Below, piece by piece: positions 1-12,119 of a stretch of DNA of 64,000 bases; position 1 is the stretch's first letter; each line of letters begins with the position of its first letter. Source of the stretch: Octopus sinensis. Taxonomy: Eukaryota. The stretch is from the NCBI RefSeq assembly GCF_006345805.1, contig NC_042997.1, positions 17,980,001-18,044,000 on the forward strand, read 5' to 3'. The position numbers were made by a program, and so were the translations under genes. Below the pieces are notes generated by a model that made no database searches, was not told the DNA's origin, and worked only from the letters and a program-made list of their open reading frames with translations.

Positions 1-327
1 CTGTTAGAGGTGCTTAGGGTTGCTGGTCAAATAATTGGTTGACTTTTCAAATACTGAAATGATATCTGTTCACTTGTTATGAGCAAAGATAATTCGCTAA
101 AATCTACAGAGAGTGGCAAGAAATGATAAGAAACTTTTACAGCAATATCTAAAAAGAAGCAATGCTCAAGGTCTTTCAAGATGTCAATTGATTGTAGTAT
201 CTCTACTGTACTGTTACTACAAAATCACATTTTTTATAAAAGTCCTATGTTCTTATTTCCAGTTTCCCTTTTTTCATTTGTAACTTGTAATCTTTCTACT
301 GTAACCAGTTGTTATTGTTACCAGTAA

Positions 328-538
328 CCCTTAAGCATTTAAACTGGCCATATTCAGCCAAAACATTCTACTTATTTTAAGCTCAAACTGGCCAGATCCA
401 ACCTCTCAGATCTATCCTAGAATGTCATTCTATAAGTAACATTCACATCATTCAAATCTCAAAGCTATGAGATAATGCAAGATTAATTCAAAACATTCTA
501 AATAAATAAACATTACATTTGACAGAATTACTAAAGGG
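328..538. mobile_element. piggyBac-type MITE (non-autonomous)
   Basis: Ends CCCTTAAG...CTAAAGGG are inverted (1 mismatch). Flanked by GTAA (324-327) and TTAA (539-542), a near-canonical TTAA target duplication. No ORF. Confidence 0.6.
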
Positions 539-772
539 TTAATGTTGTTATTATTGATATGGAGAGATGAGACTATTTTCAGGATGTATTACAAGAGGAT
601 AATATCAAGGAGTGGTATACCTTTCTTCACTCACAACATCAAAGAGTATTTTAATTCATCACTGTAAGTTAACGAAATGCTAACTATACAGTATTCCTGC
701 TACCTAGGTCAATCATGATCACAGTCTTTCAATTTATGATTATGTTAGCAGGCATGGATATATAGCAGTGCA

Positions 773-998
773 GCCATGGCTGTATGGTTAAGAGTTTTCC
801 ATCCAACCTCGTAGTTCTGGGTTCAGTCCCTTGTTTAAGACACTTTTATGTCATCTACTATAGTTCTGAGCCAAACAGAACCTTCTGAGTGGATTTGTTA
901 GACATAAACTGTATGCTGTCATATACATGTGTGCGTGTTTGTGTATGTGTGTGTGTGTGTGTTTATATCTCCTTGTCATGACATTGTATACTAGTTGT
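773..998 (+). mobile_element. SINE family A (tRNA-headed), degraded 5' half
   Basis: GCCATGGCTGTATGGTTAAG...GGGTTCAGTCCC head followed by a (TG)n linker; homologous to the copies at 16774, 18936 and 61611. Confidence 0.65.
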
Positions 999-1015
999 AA
1001 TACTTCTGATGTACC

Positions 1016-1228
1016 AATGTAGTGACCTGGCAGAAACATTAGCATGCCGGGTGAGATGCTTAGCAGTTTTTCATCTGTCTTTATGTTCTGAGTTCAAATT
1101 TCGCCAAGGTCGACTTTGCCTTTCATCCTTGGAGTCGATAAATTAAGTACCAGTTGCATACTGGGGTCAATCTAATCGACTGCCCCCCCCTCCCAGAAAT
1201 TTTGAGCCTTGTGCCTAGAGTAGAAAAG
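1016..1228 (+). mobile_element. SINE family B with 17-bp target-site duplication
   Basis: TGGCAGAAAC A-box-like and GAGTTCAAAT B-box-like motifs; 3' end GTAGAAAAG. TSD AATACTTCTGATGTACC (999-1015) / AATATTTCTGATGTACC (1229-1245). Confidence 0.8.
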
Positions 1229-1426
1229 AATATTTCTGATGTACCCTATCCTATTTCTGGCTCCATTAGTGTTCACTTTTCCTTTGTTTTGTGTTTTATT
1301 CTGTTTTGGCTACTACTGCAGTTTTTCTTGACTTGACTAATTGTTGCAATCTGTCTCTTCTTTGATGTAGGTCACCTGAACACTGTATTACAATAAGCTC
1401 ATTATTATTTTATATTTTTTATTTAG

Positions 1427-1634
1427 ATGTTTTCAAACTACTATTTATCTTTACATATGGCTAAAGTAATTACTATACGTGAAGATATATAGTTCTGCAG
1501 AATGAATTATTTATTACCATAATTTCTTTATGATCACTGTTTCCGAGCTGCATTCACTCTGGGGCCAAGTTTTCATACATATGTATTTGAAAGAATATTT
1601 GTAAAAATGGAGAGAGCTAACTTTAAACTAAACT
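1427..1634 (+). pseudogene. Candidate decayed exon, product unknown
   Basis: T-rich tract + TTTAG acceptor and GTATGT donor. Phase-0 frame MFSNYYLSLHMAK...FERIFVKMERANFKLN has two internal stops (1490, 1520). No homology recognised. Confidence 0.2.
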
Positions 1635-2004
1635 GTATGTACTTCAGTAAACAATAAATCATTTAGTCTCCTCTATCATTTCTCTACCTAAACTATTTTA
1701 GCAAGTTTATACTTTGAAGTATAATAAAGGTGCTATAATCTATCTGTGAAGCAAATGAAGATAACTGCTAGAAAATGTGGGAAATATACTGATATTTAAA
1801 AACAAAAAATTCTTGCCATCATCTAACTTTGATAAATCTGTTTATTTTTCACGCTTGCATTTTATAAATTAATCATGATACTATCCTATTTCTGAATTTA
1901 TTTTCTATTATTTATTGATTTAGTTTTTCATTTATTTATTTCTAGCAGCTTTTGAAAATAGTTGTAATTAATGCAATTCACTACATTCTGGTATATATCT
2001 CATT

Positions 2005-2155
2005 AATATGTGTGTGTATATATGTGTGTGTGTGTATGTGTGTGTGTATATATATATATATACACATATTTTCACACACACACATATTCACATACATACA
2101 GATGTGCACACATACATGTATATTATATATACATTTATATATATGTATGTATGTA

Positions 2156-2196
<41 letters not shown>

Positions 2197-2325
2197 TAAT
2201 ATATATGCATATACACACATTAACATATATACATGTGTATACACAAATATATATATTACATATACATACATACATATATATACATACACATATATACATA
2301 TGTATGTATGTATCTATATATGTCT
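2005..2325. repeat. Compound (TG)/(TA)/(CA)/(TACA) microsatellite
   Basis: Read directly; source of the YI/CV-repeat ORFs. Confidence 0.95.
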
Positions 2326-2679
2326 TGAGGTGTTGAAATAGTAAAAAGAAATGAAAGGCTTTTCAAGTAGGTATCGTTACAGAACTTGTTCTTAATGGTA
2401 TCTAGATTCATATGTACGGTGTCAGTATAAGCATATCTTACCAGAAAGCTGCTGCCAAGGTCAGAATATTATATGTGACGATGGCATACATAGGCAAACT
2501 AATAACTGGCTTAGCAACAGCATTCTTTTAACCAGAGCTAATTTGATATAAATGGCAGCAAGAAAGTACAAAGATGACATAATTATCAAATATTGTTACT
2601 TTCAATGTGAAAGATTTTAAATATTTCATATTCATTTTCATTGGTCTTTTTTCACTATGTTCATTTGTTCACTCATTGC

Positions 2680-2688
2680 CAATATGTA

Positions 2689-2739
<51 letters not shown>

Positions 2740-2836
2740 TATACATGCATGCATATATGTGTGTGTATATATGTACATAAATATACATGCATACACACGA
2801 TTTTGTATGCCTGTATATGTCCATTATGGTACATTT

Positions 2837-2867
<31 letters not shown>
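2680..2867. repeat. Compound (TA)/(TG) microsatellite
   Basis: Read directly. Confidence 0.95.
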
Positions 2868-3164
2868 AGGGCTTAGTAAAATAAATTACTTTGCCACATA
2901 CTGAACTCATTAGAAATAGCAGCTAAAGAAATTTCTCTAGCCATTTCTAATACTTAAAGAAGATCTCTCTCAGATAGTGTTTGCACTTGATTTTTTGCAC
3001 TTGATTTTTTAATGTTTTTACCCCCATACCTTCGTGAGTTGGTTTGAGCAAACACTATCTGAGAGAGATCTTCTTTAAGTATTAGAAATGGCTAGAGAAA
3101 TTTCTTTAGTTGCTATTTCTAATGAGTTCAGTATGTGGCAAAGTAATTTATTTTACTAAGCCCT
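2868..3164. mobile_element. Fold-back MITE with 117-bp TIRs and TA target duplication
   Basis: 2868-2984 is the reverse complement of 3048-3164 with 1 mismatch; 63-bp spacer; TA on both sides (Tc1/mariner-type target). Confidence 0.85.
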
Positions 3165-3269
3165 TATATATAATGTAATATTTTGAATTCGCCTTAAATG
3201 GTCCCTTTACATACTGAATACTTGGTGAAATTGATTAATAATTAATTAATTTTACCCTCAATTGTTGAA

Positions 3270-3381
3270 ATATATATATATATATAATATATATATATAT
3301 ATATTATATATATGTATATATATCTATATCTATCTATATTAAAATATATATGTATATATCTACACATATATATATCTTTCC

Positions 3382-3414
<33 letters not shown>
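3270..3414. repeat. (TA)-rich microsatellite
   Basis: Read directly. Confidence 0.9.
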
Positions 3415-3419
<5 letters not shown>

Positions 3420-3719
3420 TATTTTGTCGTAACAGTCATTTGTAACATTAACTATGAATGATGGCAGTTATATGAAAATGTAATGCCAGTGGATATAGCA
3501 AGATTTAAGTAGAGAATTGCAATAGTTATTAATACTATCTCCAACAGCAGAAATAGTCTGACAAAAAGAGAAAAAAAATAAAATTTACTAACCCATATCA
3601 TTAAAAGAGACATTAATATTCTGAGAAATACAACATTTGTAATAGAACATGTGGCTTCAAAGGACATTACACTATACACACACACAAATGCACGTATATT
3701 CTCACACACATTATCATCC

Positions 3720-3762
3720 AATAATGATGATGATGATGATGATCATAATGATGATGATGATC

Positions 3763-3820
<58 letters not shown>

Positions 3821-3846
3821 CAACAACAACAATAGTAATAATAAGT
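3720..3846. repeat. (ATG)/(AAT)/(AAC) trinucleotide microsatellite
   Basis: Read directly; similar tracts at 4172-4287 and 4614-4686. Confidence 0.95.
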
Positions 3847-4171
3847 AGCAGAAGTAGTGGGGGAGCATCATACTTTGGGGTTTGAATATCTCACCTCTGG
3901 AAACATAGGTGTTTCGTTCAACATCCTTAAACAACCCTTATTCAGGGACCTTTTGAGCGGGATGGGTTACTCACCAGAAGAAAATTCTAACTGGGCCCCA
4001 CTTGCAAGGTCATGTGCTGTTTATCTTGATATGAGATCACCATGTCGCGCACATATGGTCGTGATGCATGTGCCTAGTGTACCCTTATCAGACAGGTAGT
4101 TATGATGGGTATACTTGGCTTTGTATATTTTACCCAGTGTCACTTTGATGGCATGCACAGCTCTCTCACTC
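3847..4171. mobile_element. (AAT)n-flanked non-coding interspersed element, partial copy 1
   Basis: Homologous to the right ~330 bp of 56101-56626; ends ...CTCTCACTC then (AAT)n. Confidence 0.8.
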
Positions 4172-4214
4172 AATGATAATAATAATAATGATAATAATAA
4201 TAATAATAATAATA

Positions 4215-4258
<44 letters not shown>

Positions 4259-4287
4259 CAACAACAACAACAATAGTAATAATAAGT

Positions 4288-4613
4288 AGCAGAAGTAGTG
4301 GGGGAGCATCATACTTTGGGGTTTGAATATCTCACCTCTGGAAACATAGGTGTTTCGTTCAACATCCTTAAACAACCCTTATTCAGGGACCTTTTGAGCG
4401 GGATGGGTTACTCGACCAGAAGAAAATTCTAACTGGGCCCCACTTGCAAGGTCATGTGCTGTTTATCTTGATATGAGATCACCATGTCGCGCACATATGG
4501 TCGTGATGCATGTGCCTAGTGTACCCTTATCAGACAGGTAGTTATGATGGGTATACTTGGCTTTGTATATTTTACCCAGTGTCACTTTGATGGCATGCAC
4601 AGCTCTCTCACTC
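4288..4613. mobile_element. (AAT)n-flanked non-coding interspersed element, partial copy 2 (tandem duplicate)
   Basis: Nearly identical to 3847-4171 (I see two 1-nt indels); period 441 bp. Confidence 0.8.
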
Positions 4614-4638
4614 AATGATAATAATAATAATGATAATA

Positions 4639-4686
<48 letters not shown>

Positions 4687-5822
4687 GTAAAAAATGCCAC
4701 AGAACTGCAACTCAACACCTTGTTAAATGCCAACCAAGTAACACCAGAGTGTTTGACATTGGGTAGAACAGTGCAGTGCCTGAAAAACATTGAAAAAAGC
4801 AACATGTAGACAATTACAGGCCGATATCCTGTTTGCCACTTATGTAGAAATTATTGACTGGAACACTCGTGGAGTCAATGTACAAACATCTGGGAAAAAT
4901 GGTGTCCTGCCACATGAGCAGAAGAGTTGCAAGCGTAAGTGCAGAGGTACCAAGGATCAACTGTACTTAGAGACTGCAAGAGGAAGAAAAGTAACTTAGC
5001 CATGTCATGGATCGGCTATCATAAGAAGTACAGTATGATCCCACATTCTTGGATTATGGAATATATGAAGCTATTTGGTATTGCATTGAATGTAGAGTGA
5101 TTGCTTGGAAAAAGTATGGCAAGTTGGAGGACGGACCTGACAGCATATGGAAGAAGTTTAGGGACAGTAGAAATCAGGAGGGGCATCTTCCAAGGGGACT
5201 ACCTGTACTACCTGTCCCCACTGATCTTTGTACTGTGCTTGATATCACTAACACTGATTCAGAGGAAAGCAAAAGCTGGGTATGTATTCAAAAGCCGCCA
5301 ACAAAAAGTCAACAATTTATTATTCATGGATGACCTCAAACTTTATGGTAAAGATGAAACCCAAGTCAGTTCCCTGGTTGTATACTTTCAGTGCTGATAT
5401 CAGAATGGAGTTTGGACTGAGAAAGTGTGGTGTGTTAGTCTTGAAGAAAGGCAAAGTCAAATGTATGGATGGGCTAACCATACTGTTGGGGGAGGTTATG
5501 AAGCAGATAGAAGAGACAGGCTATGAGTACTTTTGGATTTTGGATAAATTGATGGAGAAAGAAATGACAGAAAAATTTAAGGTGGAGTACTTGCACAGAC
5601 TGAGACTGATCCTTAAGTCGAAATTAAACAGACAGAATAAGATTGAAGCTATCAACACCTGGGCGGTTTCACTCCTTAGATATGGAGCAGGGGTAATTGC
5701 ATGGACAGTAGATGAACTAAACAGCTTAGACAGAAAGACAAGGAAGTTGTTGACTAGATATGGGACACTCCACCCAAAAAGTGACACAGACAGACTGTAT
5801 GTACCAAGATAAAGAGGGGCTA
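4687..5822 (+). mobile_element. R4/Dong-clade non-LTR retrotransposon RT fragment (frameshifted)
   Basis: LLFMDDLKLYGK motif, MEFGLRKCGVL, and ILKSKLNRQNKIEAINTWAVSLLRYGAGVIAWTVDELNSLDRKTRK...HPKSDTDRLYVPR, typical of R4/Dong RT. Starts directly after an (AAT)n tract. Confidence 0.85.
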
Positions 5823-7120
5823 GTAATATACTCAATAGGGTTTAATTAATTGTATACATAATTCAATACCGACGTTTGTATTCATCTATAGTTGCTGTGT
5901 ATTTTAAATTGGACCTGACCCAATGCCTTACCATTTCAGTGCCTGATTCACCTGAATCCTAATATATTATATATATATATATATATACATACAGAGTTGG
6001 ACATTTTTATCCAGCAACTGTGACTTCATCTGAGACTGTATATTGAAGCTGAAACAATTGTATTATGTTTTGAGATACCATAGTCATTAGAGAAGGCTGC
6101 TGTTTGCTGAAATGTATCCCTGTCTATTATTTCTTTGCCTGGTTAACATTTGCCTGGTTAACATTTTAATGTTATGAGTTTTTTTATTGCTTTGATATCT
6201 CTTTTGAGATAATTTTGAACAAAGCAGGGCCAGTTGAGATAAAAAGCTGTGTTGCAATGTTATGTAATGTAATGAGCTTTGTATGACTTGTGAATTTGAT
6301 GTTGGTATTGTTTGAGCTGTGTAGATGGAATATCTTCCACATTGTACAAATGATGTAGCATGCAAGGTGATCTTGAAAAGAATATATTTTGAGATTTTTA
6401 AAATGATCTCGAAAAAAATAGATTTTGAGATTTTGAGACTATGAATATCTCCATAGTCAAGACCTCTCATAATTTTTCTATGGCTAATCTCTGGGATTCT
6501 TCAATTCTCATAATGTATAGTTTTGTGTAAGGAAACCTCAGTATTCAAGCTGAGATCTGGCAAACATTGAGAAGAAAAGTATGATGATATTGGGATCTCT
6601 GAATGCAAAGTTTTAAGTATCCATGAACACATTTTAGGGCATATCTACTTTATTGTTGATGTGATATAGAATATGAAGAGGAAGTTATTAGTATAGCATA
6701 AATTTAATATTGGTTACAATTATTTCAGTACCACTTCACTTTAAATCACATTACACATAAATAATTACATGCCTATAATTACGCATGGTTCATTCTATTC
6801 CTTTTACAACCAAGCATAATTATACAAGTTTTGTGTAATTTATAAACCATTTTGTGTAATGTGGTTCAAAATAGTGTAATACTGAATCAACTGTAACCAT
6901 CATTAAAACTTAGGCTCTATTGACATTTTCATGTTAGTCTTTGTCTTATATGTTATTCTACAAAAATACATATCAATTCATTCATTCTTGCAGTGGTAGA
7001 TACCTGTATTTCCTGTGCGAGTGGACTACATAAAAATACCAGTCTAGATATGTAATATGTAAATAGATGGGAATTTGTAGGGATTGCTACATAAGGAATA
7101 TGCTGAGATTTTACCAGATC

Positions 7121-8370
7121 CATCATCATCATCATCATCATTGTCGTTTGATGTCCACTTTCCATGATGATGATGATGGATCTGGCATGGGTTGGACTGT
7201 TTGACTGAGGGCTGGCAAGCCAGTGGGCTGCACCAGGCTCCAATCTGATCTGGCAAAGTTTCTACAGCTGGATGCCCTTCCTAATGCCAACCACTCCAAG
7301 AGTGTAGTGGGTGCTTTTTACATGCCATCGGCGTGAGGGGCAGTCAGACTGTACTGGCATCGACCATGCTCAAATAGTGCTTTTTATGTGCCACCGGCAT
7401 GGGAGCCAGTCAGGTGGCACTCACAAGGAGCACACTCGAATGGTGCTTTATATGTACCACTGGCACGGGTGCCAGTCAGGTGGTACTTGCATCGGCCATG
7501 AAAATGACTTCACCTGACTCAACAGGTCATCGCAAGCACAGTTTATTGCCCAATGATTGAAGGGCACTCTTAAATATACTGCACTGGAAGAGGCCATGGT
7601 ATTGGTCTCACTTGGCTTGCCGGGTCTTCTCAAGCACAGCATATCTCCAAAGGCCTCAATCACTTGTCATCGCCTCCGTGAGGCCCAGAGTTCAAGGGTC
7701 GTGCTTCACCACCTCATTGCAGGTCTTCTTGGATCTACCTCTTCCACAGGTTCTCTCTGCTGTTAGGGTATGATATTTCTTCACACAGCTGTCCTCATCC
7801 ATATACAACACATGACCATACCAGCACAGTTGTCTCTCTTGCACACCACATCTGATGCTTCTTATGTCCAACTTTTCTCTCAGGGCACTTACATGCTGTT
7901 GTGTATGCCCACTGACATTACACATCCAGCAGAGCATACTAGCTTCATTTCTTGCAAGCTTATGCAGTCATGCACCATATTTCACTGCCATGTAGCATGG
8001 CTGTTTGCACACATGTGTCATACAGTCTACCTTTTACTCTGAGTGAGAGGCCCTTTGTCACCAGCAGAGGTAACTGCTCTCTGAACTTTGCCTAAGCTAT
8101 TCTTATTCTAATAGCTACACTCTCAGAGCATCTACCTACTACTGACTTGGTCACCTAAGTAACGGAAGCTATCAACTACTTCTAGTTTTTCCCTCTGGCA
8201 TGTGATGGAAGCCATTTTCTGCACATTTTCAGTGTTTATTGCCCATGAGCATTTGCCACACAAAAAAACTATCTTCCTAGTTAGCCTTCCTTTGATATTG
8301 CCGCACCTCTTATGTGTCCATAGCTTACACCAGGTACATCTTATGGAGTTTCTATCTACACCTTTTCTAC
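7121..8370 (-). mobile_element. RTE-clade LINE, 5'-truncated (RT C-terminus + 3' UTR + (GAT)n tail)
   Basis: DSFRYLGD, MLCWMCNVS...LREKLDIRSIRCGVQERQLCWYGHV...GRGRSKKT; 3' UTR and tail homologous to 33400-33853. Confidence 0.9.
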
Positions 8371-8559
8371 CTCAGGGGACATGTGATTTGTTTGCCTTCC
8401 TACTTATTAAGACTCCTACATTATTTCAGTTTCAGTTGCTGATCACAGTTACATGTAGGTGCTAGATATTATTTGATGCTGCAAGGTCATCTGAGGGAAG
8501 AAAATATTGTTGCTTGAATATATTCTCTTCCCCACTATCCCAAAGTGGTTGAGCTTAGA

Positions 8560-8960
8560 TTTTTCCTCATTTAGCAGTATATAGTTTTTACACTCATTAA
8601 ATCACAGTCCATCGAATTGGTGTTGTGTGCTCCCTCTCTGGTTCATCTGCAAATATCTTTAGTTTACTATGTTTGATGACATTTCCAGTGTCATGTAAGT
8701 AAATAATATACAGAAGTGGGCCCTGTAAAGTAACCTGGAGGACAACACCAATGACCTTTGCTGGTCTTGAGTAAATTCTATTGTTGGGTTTTCTTTTTTT
8801 GTTTCATGAAACACTTATTCCACTGCAGTAACTTTCCACAGATTCCAGTGATGGATAATCTGTTCAGCAGAATGCAATGGACGATTTTGTCGAAAGCTTT
8901 GCTAAATTCAAAGTAGATGACATTTGTGTTGGTTCTACTGTGAGGGATCTAAAGTTAAGA
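8560..8960 (-). mobile_element. CR1/L2-type LINE RT fragment
   Basis: Minus strand reads approximately VIYFEFSKAFDKIVHCILL...LQGPLLYIIYLHD...KLKIFAD (RT motifs DFSKAFD, GPLL, FADD). Confidence 0.7.
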
Positions 8961-9154
8961 CATACTTGAAGTGATATTAGGTGATGATACAGATAAAACA
9001 AATAAGTTTAAAGAGATGATTTACAATTAGTGTGCTTAGAGAAACAGTGTTTGTTGCAGTAGAAGATATAAACTGCTACAACCTGTTTGGAAATTAATGA
9101 AGAACACTACAAATCTTGTAAGTTCCTGCCTGCTTTTACTTAGTCTCAGGTGTG

Positions 9155-9310
9155 CTGTTGGTGTTACCTTTAAGTCAAAATAGATCAAGTAGATCTATGA
9201 TCAAAGGCATTCCAGTTATGACCAATTCATCTTTTTTTAAAGAGTATCTAGGAATACATCATTCTGTGAATCTTTCTTCTTAAATATAAGTTGTGATTTG
9301 AAGGATCTAT
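9155..9310 (-). mobile_element. SINE-like family C fragment
   Basis: Reverse-complement similarity to 41490-41665 and 42960-43160 (GGAATGCCTTTGATCATAGATCT block, (AAC)-like tail). Confidence 0.45.
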
Positions 9311-10139
9311 GAATTCTAATTTGTAGGCTGAGATGTAGAAATAGATATGGTTAACTAACCAGGTGAAAGATTTCATAAATTTCACGAATGCCAAAAGCAA
9401 CTGAATGTACTTCATATGTGGTTACTACAAGCAAATCTGTGGATCTACAGCAGTAGAGTCCACATTCGTTGCTAGGTAAATGTCTTTCTGACAAGATGAC
9501 ATGCTATAAAGATACCACAAATATGGTTTCTCTAGGTAAAAATCCATAGGAGATCTGTGTCAACAACAATGATAACAAAGTCTAAGAGAGGTGCCAGAAA
9601 CTTTGGTTGCCATTAGGAATGGAAAGTCTAACTTTTCAAACTAAGATTCTTCAATAGAGGAGTTAAATAATAGTGATTGCTTCAACATTCATTCATTCAC
9701 TGTTAAAATTATACTGAAACTGGAGACATGGCTTGAAAGTTTGTAACAGAATAGACTTCACTAAATGGATAAAAGTGTGTTAAACTAGATGATGGATTGG
9801 TTAACAACCTAAGAATAAGTACTGTACATTTGATGGAATTTCACACTATTTTCAACTTTCTAGTTTATTCAGGAAGTCTGCCCAAAGTATAATATGGTGA
9901 GATTGAACCCAGAAACATGATTGTGAAATGACCTTCTTAACTACACACCCATAGTATACCTTGTAAAATATGAAGCAGAACAATATGTAGCATTGTTCAC
10001 TAGATGCTATTTCTGTTTGTGAAACTACTACTATTTATTGAGTTAACTCTAGTAGGTGATCCTGCTGATATTGAAAAATTTAAATCTTAACTCAGATTTC
10101 AAATGCTTTTATTATCATTTTATATCCATTTTTCAATGA

Positions 10140-10900
10140 TTACATAGGTTGGACAGATCTTCTTCAGTATAGTAGCTTGCCACTTGTGGTTCACAATTAT
10201 TTCATTTGTGAGGTTTAGCATTCTGAAATCAGCCTTCATCAACACTTGCCATGTCTTACTTCAGTTTTCTTCCATATTTATAGGGCTCTCCCACTTGGTA
10301 TGTTATAATTAAATTGTTCCCCTTCATATGCATCACATGTTCATATCACTTCATTCTCCTTTTTTGCATGCTACTGGTGATTTGTCTTATATTCAATTTT
10401 CCTCTCAGAACATTTGTGCTCATTTGTTAATTCACATTAATACTGCACGTTTAGCAGAGAAAATTCTCCTCATGATCCACATTCAATGGTTATATTTAAC
10501 AACCATGCAACCTTGCACTGCATAAGCAAACATCGTATAATCTGTCTTCTCCATGAAGAGAGAATCTCTTTGTTATTGGCAGAGGCAACAGCTTCCTGAA
10601 CGTTTTCCACCTCTATTCTCACTTTGGCTAGTATGATTTCAGAACACCCACTATCACCATATATCTGGTCATCTAAATAGCAGAAACTATCAACTAATTC
10701 TTGGGAACCTTATAAGCATTTGAAAGAATTCATTTCATAGATCCTCTTAGTGCTAACTACTCCTGTGCATCTACAACAAATATTCATCCTGCCTGTCATA
10801 TTTTACGTTGGGCACACACTATAGAAATCCTACACTACATATTTTCTGCATATCAAGCATTGTCATGTCCTATATGGTTCTGCATAATTCCTTGCTAAGA
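10140..10900 (-). mobile_element. Older RTE LINE ORF2 fragment
   Basis: Minus strand ...CCRCTG...ELVDSFCYLDDQI...LRGKLNIRQI...SKTWQVLMKADFRML; same family as the RTE copies at 7121 and 32962, more decayed. Confidence 0.7.
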
Positions 10901-11317
10901 CTTTTGTCTTTGCTATATTTACTATTAATTCTTTTCATTCTAGACTCTACTTTCATGTTTGGAGCATTCTGATACTTTTAACTGATTTATTTCTGAAAAA
11001 AACTATGTTGTCCACTGATATCCAGTCTTGAAATCCTCTGTCAGGGCATACAGCACTATGGTAAATAAAAGGGATATGAGAACTGAATGGACTTCTACCT
11101 AATTTCATTGTATAACTAGTTATATATGAAACAGTACTCATTGTCTACTTTATAAGTATTGCAACCTTTTCTCATACCTGTTTGCATTGTAACAATTATA
11201 AACAAATGTCATTTATTTTCTCTCCACACATCATGAATAGAAGATTACATCTATCTAACTGGTTTCGAAATTTTTCATGAGCCTTGTCAGGGATAGAACA
11301 CACTTTGATTGGATCAG

Positions 11318-11370
11318 AATATATATATATATATATATATATTTTATGTATATATATATATATATATGTT

Positions 11371-11417
<47 letters not shown>

Positions 11418-11457
11418 GTATAAATATATGCATATATACATATATATGCATATATGT

Positions 11458-11488
<31 letters not shown>

Positions 11489-11526
11489 CATGTATAAATA
11501 TATGCATATATACATATGTCCATGCA

Positions 11527-11561
<35 letters not shown>
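11318..11561. repeat. (TA)-rich microsatellite with a ~40-bp higher-order repeat
   Basis: TATACACATGTATAAATATATGCATATATACATAT occurs twice. Confidence 0.95.
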
Positions 11562-11564
<3 letters not shown>

Positions 11565-12081
11565 ACCCACAAGAGTAAACAAGAGAGACAGAGACAGGCA
11601 GAAACAAGGAAAATTCCACTTGTATTTGAACACTGTACAAATATTCTTTTAAAAAAAACTTTTCTATTAATTTTTTCTAAATTTAATTGTTTTCCATACT
11701 TACAGTTGAAAAAGTCTCAATGACTGGAACTGGTACTGAAATGTTTTCTATAAAATTATTTTAGCATTTTCTGTCTTGACCTTTTTTTCATATATATATA
11801 TACACACATTCATAAATAATTAATAATTCACTTGAATAAATTACCAACAAAACACAATTTATGCAAATTGACCAGTTGAGCAAACTCATTACAGTTGGTG
11901 ACTATACATAGATATTAGATAAATAACTCTCTGTAAGTTGATGAAAAAGTATTCTATCTCTGAAGGAAATCAAGATTTTAAACCAGGCAGATAAATTCAA
12001 TTTTCTGTCCCCAAAAAGAATGTAAAAGTCAGCATCAGTCAATTGCTAAAATAGGTTTAATATTCACCATGTTGCATACTT

Positions 12082-12119
<38 letters not shown>

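Noticed and set aside
1952-2884. Long ORFs rich in YI/CV/HT/MYV repeats (also at 11.3, 20.0, 36.8, 39.8 and 57.6 kb)
   Set aside because: Translations of dinucleotide and tetranucleotide microsatellites, open in several frames on both strands.
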